From Campylobacterota bacterium (lineage in GTDB: Bacteria; Campylobacterota; Campylobacteria; Campylobacterales; Sulfurimonadaceae), in the NCBI GenBank assembly GCA_014764025.1, contig JACXUD010000001.1:10643-74642 (forward strand): a stretch of 64,000 bases of DNA, given 5' to 3'. This document shows positions 27,266-35,985 of the stretch, piece by piece; within the stretch, counting starts at the first letter, position 1; each line of letters starts with the position of its first letter. The position numbers and the translations under genes are program-made. Below the pieces are notes generated by a model that did no database searches, had not been told where the DNA came from, and saw only the letters and a list, made by a program, of their open reading frames with translations.

Positions 27266-28563
27266 CCCCTTGTCTCTTTCACTTCTTTGATCTTATACTT
27301 GATGATCGTTCCCACTTGCTCTCTATACTCTGCCATGTCTTCTTTAGTGTAGCCGTCATGGTAAACCAAAGGTCTTTCTTTTGAGAGCAATTTTTCTACT
27401 TTAGTGAAGATATTGAGAAAGAAGATTTCAATAAACTTTATTGCTATTTCATCATTAATGTCTCCACGCTTGTCTCTTTCTCTAATGTCTGTAGATATCT
27501 CGACCATTTCTTCTTCCACGATTCGCTCTATTGCCCTTTTATTGAGGTTGATAATCTTTCTATTGTATGCTGCACAAAAAAATCTTCTCACCTCGCCCAT
27601 TTCTCCACCCATCAGAAGAATAGAAGAGAGTCTTTTTCCCACTTCTCCGGCAAAGCGTGTAGCAAGCACATTTTTATTCATCATTACCTCTAATGAATGA
27701 AGTAGTGCTGCGTGTCTTACTTGTGCCCGATCTGCTTTGTCTGCTTTCAGATAAACCCTTGAGAGCTCCAATACCTCAACTGTCTCCCTATTCTCTACAG
27801 TAAGTAAAGGAGAGAAAATAACCGAGAACAGCGAAGATCTTCCTCCTGGCTCGCACCACGCTACCTCTTTTTCAAAGAACAAGAAGTCTAGCGGTGCAAT
27901 AGTGGTTTCTTTTTGGGCAAAAAGTCCCGAAAGTCTCTTATTGAGTACACCCATTATCGAAAAGAAGTTAGACAATACATCGCTATCGGATATCTTCATA
28001 AGAAGCATATTGCTTTTATCAAAAAAGCTCTGTTGGTTTTTTATAAACTCCGAAGACTCAAAAACGCTTACTGCGGAATCTGCATGATATTCAATACTCC
28101 ACTCTCCGTTCTGCTCACCTACGAAGCAACTTTTTGCTTGTCTCCCGAATTCATAGGAGAGCTTGAGTAGTCTCAAGATATCCTCTCCGTCCTCTCCGAA
28201 GATAGTGAATTTATTTAAGAGCTCTTCATTTAAGATCGTGTGCGAGAAAAGTCCCAAAATAGCAAGGATCGCATTTTGCTCATAGATCGCTTGCTTGTCC
28301 AGTACCGCCTCTTCCGCTTTTGACTCCAATAGAATTCTGATCTCTTCTAGGATCGCATAAAAGAGTAGTGCCTTTTGAGGCGAAATGTTTTCAATGTGGC
28401 TATCCCATATACTTGCTTCCTCTACCGTCTTGTACCGGAACGTATTGATATTCTTTGGTCCACCCTCTGTTTGCATAAGCATTTGAATAAGATTGTAGTA
28501 AGTATAGAACTTGAGTGCGGGAATTGCGACGATGTTCTTAGCCACATTGTTGTTAGTTTTCAT
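27247..28563 (-). CDS. hypothetical soluble protein (438 aa)
   Basis: Track ORF overlapping both neighbours. No motif recognised. Confidence 0.55.
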   Translation of the reverse strand: MKTNNNVAKNIVAIPALKFYTYYNLIQMLMQTEGGPKNINTFRYKTVEEASIWDSHIENISPQKALLFYAILEEIRILLESKAEEAVLDKQAIYEQNAILAILGLFSHTILNEELLNKFTIFGEDGEDILRLLKLSYEFGRQAKSCFVGEQNGEWSIEYHADSAVSVFESSEFIKNQQSFFDKSNMLLMKISDSDVLSNFFSIMGVLNKRLSGLFAQKETTIAPLDFLFFEKEVAWCEPGGRSSLFSVIFSPLLTVENRETVEVLELSRVYLKADKADRAQVRHAALLHSLEVMMNKNVLATRFAGEVGKRLSSILLMGGEMGEVRRFFCAAYNRKIINLNKRAIERIVEEEMVEISTDIRERDKRGDINDEIAIKFIEIFFLNIFTKVEKLLSKERPLVYHDGYTKEDMAEYREQVGTIIKYKIKEVKETRGWVWED

Positions 28564-28966
28564 TGTAGGTCTCTTTTACTTCTTTTTTGATCGATTTATA
28601 GATTGCTTGCTCTAATAAAAAGATTTCCATTTTATTAGAAGAGTCCAGTGCATCGCCCTCAAGAGACACCGCCTCGGTAAGTGGTACGCTTTTAAGTGTT
28701 GTCATTTTTGACGCAAGTTCATTCTTGAGAGTTTCGTTTCGCTTTCTGAGCTCTGCTAGGAGTGCATAGGTTTTATTTAGGTACTCTCTTTTCTCTTTAT
28801 GCTTATATGCCCAGTAAGCAATCTCTTTATATGTGTCCGTCATGGCATTCTTGTCGAGTCTTTCTACTATTGGCTTGCAAACCAATGCGTTTGCACTGGT
28901 AGCCAAAAAGAGTAGTAATGTATTCAATGCTAGTAGCTTTCTCATCTTATTCCATCCCGTAAGCAA
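28553..28966 (-). CDS. small exported protein (likely start at MRKLLALNTLLLFLATSANA)
   Basis: Signal peptide with an A-x-A-like site, followed by a helical K/E-rich body. Confidence 0.5.
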   Translation of the reverse strand: MLTGWNKMRKLLALNTLLLFLATSANALVCKPIVERLDKNAMTDTYKEIAYWAYKHKEKREYLNKTYALLAELRKRNETLKNELASKMTTLKSVPLTEAVSLEGDALDSSNKMEIFLLEQAIYKSIKKEVKETYNEN

Positions 28967-30470
28967 AAGCGGATACTTTTCCTAATGCTTTTTCTATATC
29001 GGTAGCCTTTTTGTAGGCTGCACTGATCAGAGTCTCTTGTGCCATGTGTCGATTAATTATCTGCTTGTATTTATCCCTTGCATCAGGCGGTAGTTTGTCG
29101 ATAGTGTCTTGCCCCATGTGTGTCAGCATCTTGTGTCTTCTCGTGGCATTTCTTGCCACCACAAAAACATTCGCTGCCGTTCTAGTGGTATAGACATCTT
29201 CCACATAAGGCTCTGAAGGCACTCCAAAGTCCCTATCGGCGATCTTCGCATACTCGCTTTGGACCTTTTCCACGTATCCATCACGGATATATGTTCTTCC
29301 TGCACCTTTGTTGTAGCAGTTGATCCCTTCATACGTCACACCAAACTTGCCCACACAATCACTGAACACCGTCACACCATAATCCACGCCAACACTGGCA
29401 ATAGAAACGGTTTGCGAGAAAGTTCCGTGCCCCGGATACCTTTGAAGTACAACATCTTGGTGAGCATAGTTGTTGATTTGCATGATCCCGAAGTCTTGTG
29501 AGCCGTTACTGTTCCTTGCCCCTACTGCATCAGGTCTCAGCCTACTTTCGTGCATTCCGATTGCAAGTGCCATCTTCCAATTTCCTAAACCTTGTGCTTG
29601 AGATTTTTCATAATAAAGAGGCCAAAAGGTATCGACTCTCCCTTCAAGTGTCGAAGATATCTCTCTGCTCCCCTTGGAAACCATTGCCTCTCCTTGAGTC
29701 TGTATTTCAGCTTGTATCTCGCTCTCTGAAATATTCCCATACTGTCTGCCTCCGGTTAAACTACAGTCATCACCCGAGACACCCGTTTTCTGAGAAGCCT
29801 CCTTACACTCTAGGTAGCGTTGGAGTCTTCTAGTGTTCATCATGTTTATTCCGGCATCCTTTACGGCCTTATCTATCTCGCCGCCTTTCCCATAAATCTT
29901 TTTATTGTCTGCGGAATCGATCTCTACATATCTCTTTGGATCGGTACTGCTAGAGTTTTCGCCGAAAGTCTCCTTGCCTCCAAATAGAGCAATCTTTTTT
30001 GAGGCAAGTTGGTCATACCCGCCTATCCCGCTTAACGCTTTTGAGAATTCTTTTTCCTTCTCCTCTAGCGTACTGGTACAGAAGCTCTTGAGCCTTTGCT
30101 TTTGACATCCACTCATATTACTCGTTACATTCAAACTACAAGGCCCTAGATCAAGATTGAGATTATCAGTGAATGACATCAGCTTATCCAAGTGCGAGTC
30201 AAGTGAATCAAGTACCGAACATATATCTGCTGAAGGTAGCGAAAAAGATGGCATAGTACATTGAGCAGTGATAGTACCTAGTCCCGGAATCGTTATATCT
30301 CCCGTACTGGATGAAGCAGTATTGAGAGCGTCATTCAAAAGATCTCCTCCGCTTTCTGTATTCAGCACATCATTTAAAGTCCCCCCTTGCAAAGAAGCAC
30401 TTCCAAAGAAGAGAGTGAATACTGTTGAGGCTACGAACTTCATATACTTATTCTGCTGTGTTTTCTTCAT
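28947..30470 (-). CDS. exported lytic transglycosylase (SLT domain) with extra N- and C-terminal modules
   Basis: Signal peptide. MALAIGMHESRLRPDAV (catalytic E-S), FGIMQIN and CYNKGAG form the SLT signature. The N- and C-terminal modules are shared with the next two genes. Confidence 0.75.
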   Translation of the reverse strand: MKKTQQNKYMKFVASTVFTLFFGSASLQGGTLNDVLNTESGGDLLNDALNTASSSTGDITIPGLGTITAQCTMPSFSLPSADICSVLDSLDSHLDKLMSFTDNLNLDLGPCSLNVTSNMSGCQKQRLKSFCTSTLEEKEKEFSKALSGIGGYDQLASKKIALFGGKETFGENSSSTDPKRYVEIDSADNKKIYGKGGEIDKAVKDAGINMMNTRRLQRYLECKEASQKTGVSGDDCSLTGGRQYGNISESEIQAEIQTQGEAMVSKGSREISSTLEGRVDTFWPLYYEKSQAQGLGNWKMALAIGMHESRLRPDAVGARNSNGSQDFGIMQINNYAHQDVVLQRYPGHGTFSQTVSIASVGVDYGVTVFSDCVGKFGVTYEGINCYNKGAGRTYIRDGYVEKVQSEYAKIADRDFGVPSEPYVEDVYTTRTAANVFVVARNATRRHKMLTHMGQDTIDKLPPDARDKYKQIINRHMAQETLISAAYKKATDIEKALGKVSAFAYGME

Positions 30471-31578
30471 TGCTTTCCCTTGCTAGATATGCCTTTAAGT
30501 CCTCTATCGGTGCTTTTGGATCATAGGCAGAAGATACCGCTTCAACCTTCCCATAGCCCAACATGATAGAATTCTTCTTGAGGTTTACTGTCTCTTTATA
30601 GAGTGCATCGATCAAAATATCTGCGGCATTTTGTCTCGCTACGCCGTCTGAATACTCATTTGCAACCTCTTCAGGCATCTTGTCCATACTTTCAGAGTCT
30701 TTATAGACATAGTAGGTGCTTCCTCTAGCTGCTTTGTTCATGGTCTTAAATTCTGCTGCCGAAGCGATCTCTATTTTAGATACTTGCTTCTTTGCGATTG
30801 AGCCAATACTCTCTTTCCCGTACTCTACCTCTTGCTTACAGTCATCTTTCGCCTTGTCCTCTTTATCATTACACTCTGCAAGCTTCTTTTGGTACTCTGC
30901 TTCAACTGAAGCTAGATTGGCCGCCACACTTTCGTCTGATACTGCAATATGTTGTGCAGCTTCCACTATCTGCTTCTCTGTTTCCACGGAGTCTTCAGGG
31001 AGCTTCATGTATCCTGGCTCTTTACACTTCTCTCCGTGCATCTTCATACAATCTCTCACATCATCAATGGAGGAGGAGAAGATCCCGTACCGATTTCCCA
31101 TTTCCTCAATCGGTGTCTTTTTTTCTATCTCTTCATTGGTTAGACCGCTTGGATGCTTAATATCTTTGAGCTCTTTCCCGCCTTTACAATCTTTCCCCTT
31201 AGAGCCCTTGATCAGCTTATATTCATTTGATGAGGTAGTTATAGGGTTAAGCGGGGACATCACACCTTTCTTATCGTCCCCCAGTGCTTCAGTACATCTT
31301 TTTTTAAGATCATCAAAAAAATCACTGTTGGATGTGGTAGAGATATTGCACCCACCTATCGAGAAGTTTCCATTTAGAAGTTGCTCTATGGAAGATACGG
31401 CTCCGCAAATATCATCCGCTTCAGGTATGTTAAAATCACAACTTAGGGAAACGCTACTATTGGTACTTACCAATCCGTCTGTGCTTGTAGTAGCAACACT
31501 GAATGGACTTGCAAAGACCGCACTCGACACAAGAAGAGTTACTCCGATCCTTTTTGACTGTCTAATTATGTTCTTCAT
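30448..31578 (-). CDS. exported Cys-containing protein, paralog of flanking genes (376 aa)
   Basis: Signal peptide. LSCDFNIPEADDICGAVSSIEQLLNGNFSIGGCNISTTS aligns with the N-terminal modules of the 507-aa and 309-aa proteins. The VETEKQIVEAA and C-terminal MPEEVANEY modules are also shared. Confidence 0.55.
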   Translation of the reverse strand: MKNIIRQSKRIGVTLLVSSAVFASPFSVATTSTDGLVSTNSSVSLSCDFNIPEADDICGAVSSIEQLLNGNFSIGGCNISTTSNSDFFDDLKKRCTEALGDDKKGVMSPLNPITTSSNEYKLIKGSKGKDCKGGKELKDIKHPSGLTNEEIEKKTPIEEMGNRYGIFSSSIDDVRDCMKMHGEKCKEPGYMKLPEDSVETEKQIVEAAQHIAVSDESVAANLASVEAEYQKKLAECNDKEDKAKDDCKQEVEYGKESIGSIAKKQVSKIEIASAAEFKTMNKAARGSTYYVYKDSESMDKMPEEVANEYSDGVARQNAADILIDALYKETVNLKKNSIMLGYGKVEAVSSAYDPKAPIEDLKAYLARESNEENTAE

Positions 31579-32504
31579 GGCAATACCTCTGTTTGAATTG
31601 CATCAGTTTCACTTCTTGACACGCTCTCATAGCGAGATACTGAAGTGATTGCCTCTTTGGTTGCAAGTATTTCACTCATATCTTTTCTAAGATTGTTGAT
31701 AGCCAACATCGAAGCATAGGTCTCTGTTTTGGCACTTTCCTCAATAGTTGAAATCTGAATATATTTTTCTCTCATGTCAGGCGGGAGATCATTTTTTACC
31801 TCATCGGAAATAAGAAACACGCTCTTGCTTTCCGTCGTTGCCAACTTGAGTGTTGCACTTTTCGCATTAAGCTCTCTGTCATACCCTTCTTTTGAATTTT
31901 TGCTTCTCTGAGAGTTTAGATTTAGGCTGCTTTTGAAGTCGCATGACATAGAGCTTAGTGTGCTGTCTTTTTTGCAATCTTCTTTTTCTTCCGTGGACGC
32001 TACCGTGGAGTATCCTTGGCTTTGCTCATCAGCGTCGGGATAGTTTTGAGCCAAAGCAGCTTCTACAATTTTCTTCTCGGTCTCTACCGTATCTTTACCG
32101 CCCATAAAACCCATTTCACCATAATGTAGCTCTCTTGAAAAAATATTCATTGACTTTTCTTTCCCCTCTCTCCTTTTTGTCTTTTCTTGTTCTGAGGATG
32201 TTGGAATAGTCGCTGTTGTAGAATAAACGAATTTGCCCTCCCTGAGTGCTTTCTCAAAAGGGCTCTCACTCAAAATAAATGCTTGAGACTCAGGCGTATG
32301 CTCTAGCCCGGAACTTGAGATACTGCATGGACCAATATTAAAATTGAATGTCAGTAGATCATCGAGTTTCCCCAATAGGTCGAAATCGGTACATTCGATA
32401 GCAGCATTAATTCCAATAGACTTATCGGTAGTGGAGTCCGTTTCGCCTCCCATTAATACTGTTGTGAGTAGTGCTATTGCTATTATTTTACGATGCTTTG
32501 GCAA
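31575..32504 (-). CDS. exported protein, third paralog (309 aa)
   Basis: Signal peptide. IECTDFDLLGKLDDLLTFNFNIGPCSISSS, VETEKKIVEAA and LPPDMREKYIQI. Confidence 0.55.
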   Translation of the reverse strand: MPKHRKIIAIALLTTVLMGGETDSTTDKSIGINAAIECTDFDLLGKLDDLLTFNFNIGPCSISSSGLEHTPESQAFILSESPFEKALREGKFVYSTTATIPTSSEQEKTKRREGKEKSMNIFSRELHYGEMGFMGGKDTVETEKKIVEAALAQNYPDADEQSQGYSTVASTEEKEDCKKDSTLSSMSCDFKSSLNLNSQRSKNSKEGYDRELNAKSATLKLATTESKSVFLISDEVKNDLPPDMREKYIQISTIEESAKTETYASMLAINNLRKDMSEILATKEAITSVSRYESVSRSETDAIQTEVLP

Positions 32505-33310
32505 GTTTCATCCCCTGAAAGCTGTAAACAAAATCTCTTCTTTTCCCTTTCGTTAGAGAAGAGTATCCTATATCCTTTTGAAGTTTCACTGTAACTAGCC
32601 CCGTAGCTTGACAAAAAGCCTTCAACCGTAGAGCTCTTGTAAGGAATATAAAGAGTGGTCTTATCTTGCACCCTGCCTGGTGTCTTTGGTCTTGCCGTCT
32701 TATTCCCCGCAATAGAGTTCAGATCAGGCAGATCGAAAGCATTAGGATTTCTTGGTGCTGAAGCTATTGTAGTTGCTGGGGGTGGTGGTGTTATTGAGGA
32801 TGAGGTAGGCGTACTAACTTCTCTGATCGTCGGCACGACTGTTTCCATAGTGTCATCACTGCCACCAAAACCATCATACTTCTTATAAAGCGGGACCAAA
32901 AAGAGATCTTCCGCACTAAAAGTTCTTTCTACTTTTGGAGCTTCGATCTTAATGCGGTATGTTCCGTTCTCTTTGATTTTATAGATTCTAGGATAGGTAA
33001 TCTTCCCCTCTTCCAGGAGGTATTTACCTGCCTCTTGAGCTTTTACCATTTCCTTGTATTTGGATATAGTTCTCTTAAAATCTCCAAGGGCGAGCTTGTA
33101 TCCTTTTTTGATATATTCTGCTTTTGCACTTTTTCTACCAAGATCATAGTAGAATTTTTGCATTTGAGTCATATCTGAAGGTGCTTCAGTTCCATGCAAT
33201 AAGCTTGTCGCAAAAAGAGCGACAATAAGTGCCTTAGAGAGGTTTACTGACAACATGGCTTTCTTCTTGATATCTAGGCTCTTGAGGGTATTTATTGTCA
33301 TTTCCTTCAT
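32483..33310 (-). CDS. exported protein with Pro/Thr-rich linker (275 aa)
   Basis: Hydrophobic N-terminus ALIVALFATSLLHG and linker TPTSSSITPPPPATTIASAP. Confidence 0.5.
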   Translation of the reverse strand: MKEMTINTLKSLDIKKKAMLSVNLSKALIVALFATSLLHGTEAPSDMTQMQKFYYDLGRKSAKAEYIKKGYKLALGDFKRTISKYKEMVKAQEAGKYLLEEGKITYPRIYKIKENGTYRIKIEAPKVERTFSAEDLFLVPLYKKYDGFGGSDDTMETVVPTIREVSTPTSSSITPPPPATTIASAPRNPNAFDLPDLNSIAGNKTARPKTPGRVQDKTTLYIPYKSSTVEGFLSSYGASYSETSKGYRILFSNEREKKRFCLQLSGDETCQSIVK

Positions 33311-34718
33311 TGTCTAGTTCTTCTTTAAGTTTTGCTCTTAGTCCCTTACTCTCTTCGATCTCCTCCACAAGAAGGTCGTAAAGCTTGGAAATGGTTTTCT
33401 CCATAGACGCTATCTTTTCCTCTAACGGTTTAGTTGCCTTTGTGACCATGCCTTCAAGCGTTGTCATTGTTCCCTCATTTGGGGAAACTTCTTTCTCTTC
33501 CGTCTCATCTTCTTCCTCTGAAGAGCGAGGTGTACCCAAATTGAATTCTTTGAGTTTTTCTTCTAGTGCTTCACCTACATTGTATTTGATGTAGTCTCCA
33601 AACCCTTCTTCATCGGCTTGTCCAGTAATCATTTCTTTTAGGGAGTCAAAATAGAGTCTTAGCGATTCTTTTGTTGCAACTTCACTCTTTGGAGTCTCTT
33701 CTCTTTCTTCCTCTATGATATTCTCTATCGTGTTGTCTGAAGGAGTATAGGCTTGAAGCATCTTTTCCATTGTCTCAGTGAAAGTAACAAACTCTTCCAT
33801 GAGAATTTCTTTAACAATCGTTGCAATGGCATTAGGGTTGATCGTCGGTTGTGTTCTTGGCTGTTCTTCATCTTCTGAAACACTTGGAGCAACCAATTTC
33901 TCTTTGATGATTTCCTCTAATGCCTTAAATCCGTCCTCTTTGTCTTTTAGGGCATTTGCAACAAGTTCTTTGAGCTCTCCTATCTCTTTCTCAATCACTT
34001 CAGTAGAAGGTGCGGTTTGTTGCTCCTGGTACACCCTTGGTCCACCAAAACTCACTTCCGAATCAGGAATTGTGATCCCCTCGATCTTCTTAATGAAAGA
34101 CTTCAGAGTGTTGTACATTTGAGTGCTTTCTGCATCATTGAAAAGTTTTACGATCTCTTGAATATTGACTTTGAATTTTTCATCAAACGCATTTAAAGCA
34201 GCGTCCTTTTCATTTTCAAAAGTCGGGCCTTTGAGCATAAAGTAGTTTCTGATCTGAGCTTTTACTTTTCCGTGATTTTTATAAACATCATCCATGATAG
34301 CCATAAAAATACCATGAGGATTGATCACATCATTTAGTAGATGAGAAGCCACAAGCCCAGTTCTGTAAAGTTCAGGAAGGTCTTTTAGCAAAAAGAGAAA
34401 AGTGTAAGCATTGATATCTCTTAGCCCTACAACGCCCTCTACTTTTTCACTAACTACTGTTTCATGCTCATTGTAGATACTCTTAATGATATTGGATACG
34501 CCCACTTGAGAGTAGATACCCGGCATTTCATTCCCTGCTCTATAAAAAGAAGCGAGCGTCTGCTGTTCATTCTCTCCGTCCTCCAAGATAGCTGCAAGCA
34601 GAGAAGTTTTGTCGATCTCAAACTCTCCTTTGCTTGCTGTCGCCACAAGCCCCTCTATTCCTCTGCTTGAAACTATTTGTTGTCTGTTGCCATTATTACC
34701 GTTTGTATTGTATTGCAT
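33234..34718 (-). CDS. acidic, Glu-rich soluble protein (494 aa)
   Basis: Track ORF with long E/K-rich helical stretches. No motif recognised. Confidence 0.55.
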   Translation of the reverse strand: MQYNTNGNNGNRQQIVSSRGIEGLVATASKGEFEIDKTSLLAAILEDGENEQQTLASFYRAGNEMPGIYSQVGVSNIIKSIYNEHETVVSEKVEGVVGLRDINAYTFLFLLKDLPELYRTGLVASHLLNDVINPHGIFMAIMDDVYKNHGKVKAQIRNYFMLKGPTFENEKDAALNAFDEKFKVNIQEIVKLFNDAESTQMYNTLKSFIKKIEGITIPDSEVSFGGPRVYQEQQTAPSTEVIEKEIGELKELVANALKDKEDGFKALEEIIKEKLVAPSVSEDEEQPRTQPTINPNAIATIVKEILMEEFVTFTETMEKMLQAYTPSDNTIENIIEEEREETPKSEVATKESLRLYFDSLKEMITGQADEEGFGDYIKYNVGEALEEKLKEFNLGTPRSSEEEDETEEKEVSPNEGTMTTLEGMVTKATKPLEEKIASMEKTISKLYDLLVEEIEESKGLRAKLKEELDNEGNDNKYPQEPRYQEESHVVSKPL

Positions 34719-34736
34719 GATTTTCCTTTTTAATTT

Positions 34737-34991
34737 TTACAGAAATACGAGTTTGTTTTTGTCTTTATTGTGTTGCAGTATGTCAGGCCGTCCATTCTCA
34801 GTAGAAAAAACACTGTATTCACTGAGATTGATTCTTTTGAGCCTGAAGCGGTATCTGATTCTCTTTACAAATTTGATACTTTGAAGTGTGATCAAGATTA
34901 AGAAAAAAGCCATGATCGCAGTCGATGAAATAAAGTAAACCAACTGCTCTATGTATTGAGAGGCTTGGGCTGCCTGATTCGCATTCTCCAT
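34737..34991 (-). CDS. small single-TM protein (84 aa)
   Basis: LVYFISSTAIMAFFLILITL followed by a basic stretch, KRIRYRFRLKR. Confidence 0.45.
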   Translation of the reverse strand: MENANQAAQASQYIEQLVYFISSTAIMAFFLILITLQSIKFVKRIRYRFRLKRINLSEYSVFSTENGRPDILQHNKDKNKLVFL

Positions 34992-35073
34992 TCGTTTCTC
35001 CTAGTGAAATTTTTTAAATGTTAGCGAAAAAAAAGGCATCCCAAAAGGATTTGGAAATTAAAAAAACTATTTT

Positions 35074-35613
35074 TTATCGGCATACTTGCTTGTGCTTTAT
35101 AAACATAAAGCTGTCTGCGTCCCCCGTCTTTACATGGCTTGTGAAAGCATAGTAGGCATCTATGAATTTGTTTGGAGTATAGACATGGGTGATCTCTGTT
35201 TCTCCTGAAGCATTTGTAGTGGAAGTCAGCGTGGACTCATCGGCAGTAACACCCGCAAAAGCTCCTCCACAAATATACCAGTTATCCGCATCGACTTCAA
35301 CCCTAAGATTGGCAGCATAAACCGGAACGGTCTTGCCTCCAACCTTTACTCCTACTTCGGAGATATTGGCAATCAGATCTGGCGTTGTAGCTCTACAATC
35401 TATCTTTGGCACTACAATACATCTATAATTTACCGTCTCCCCTCCGATTTGATAGCTGTTCGCACTCAGGGTCGGTGTCGCATTGCTGATTAGTTCATAT
35501 CCGGCTGATCTTTGAGACAGAACTATATTGTCATACTCTGCGGGAGTGAGATAGTTGCTTGCACCAAGAATACTGGAAAGCAAAACTCCCACAACCATAA
35601 GTTTGTTACGCAT
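35074..35613 (-). CDS. exported beta-rich protein with 4 Cys (179 aa)
   Basis: Signal peptide MRNKLMVVGVLLSSILGA. Confidence 0.5.
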   Translation of the reverse strand: MRNKLMVVGVLLSSILGASNYLTPAEYDNIVLSQRSAGYELISNATPTLSANSYQIGGETVNYRCIVVPKIDCRATTPDLIANISEVGVKVGGKTVPVYAANLRVEVDADNWYICGGAFAGVTADESTLTSTTNASGETEITHVYTPNKFIDAYYAFTSHVKTGDADSFMFIKHKQVCR

Positions 35614-35909
35614 TATCTTTTCTCCTTTCTAAAGGTTTCTACTAGGTCCTCGTAAATCAGCATGAGTGAGATAGGCGGGTGCAGATTTCCTCCGCACTGT
35701 GCCCTGAAAAGGTTTGCTACTGTTGCGATCTTTCCTTTTTCATCTTCGTTTCTTGCACTGTTCTTGGCTACGGGGATCGCTGCGTTCAAATTGTTTAGCC
35801 CACTTAGGTCAAATACAAGCCTCAACCATTCAAAGAGCTCTTTTTTCTCGACTGATATAGATATAGTCCCCAGTGTTTTTAATGTGTCGGACTGTTTATT
35901 TGTTTCCAT
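35613..35909 (-). CDS. small soluble protein (98 aa)
   Basis: Track ORF. The start of the downstream gene overlaps its stop by 1 nt. Confidence 0.45.
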   Translation of the reverse strand: METNKQSDTLKTLGTISISVEKKELFEWLRLVFDLSGLNNLNAAIPVAKNSARNEDEKGKIATVANLFRAQCGGNLHPPISLMLIYEDLVETFRKEKR

Positions 35910-35985
35910 TATATTCTTCGCCTTTTTTTAAACTAATAGATTCTATCACACCTTCAAGTTGAGTTTGGGGTTTTCCCAAACTATG

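Noticed and set aside
30716-31648. Long antisense ORFs: 310 aa at 30716-31648, 203 aa at 23607-24218, 182 aa at 39735-40283, 206 aa at 10955-11575, 161 aa at 46426-46911 and 156 aa at 13170-13640.
   Set aside because: Each lies wholly inside a longer opposite-strand gene that has recognisable motifs or signal peptides. Their Ser/Leu/Phe-rich composition is what the reverse complement of K/E-rich genes produces, and none has an RBS.
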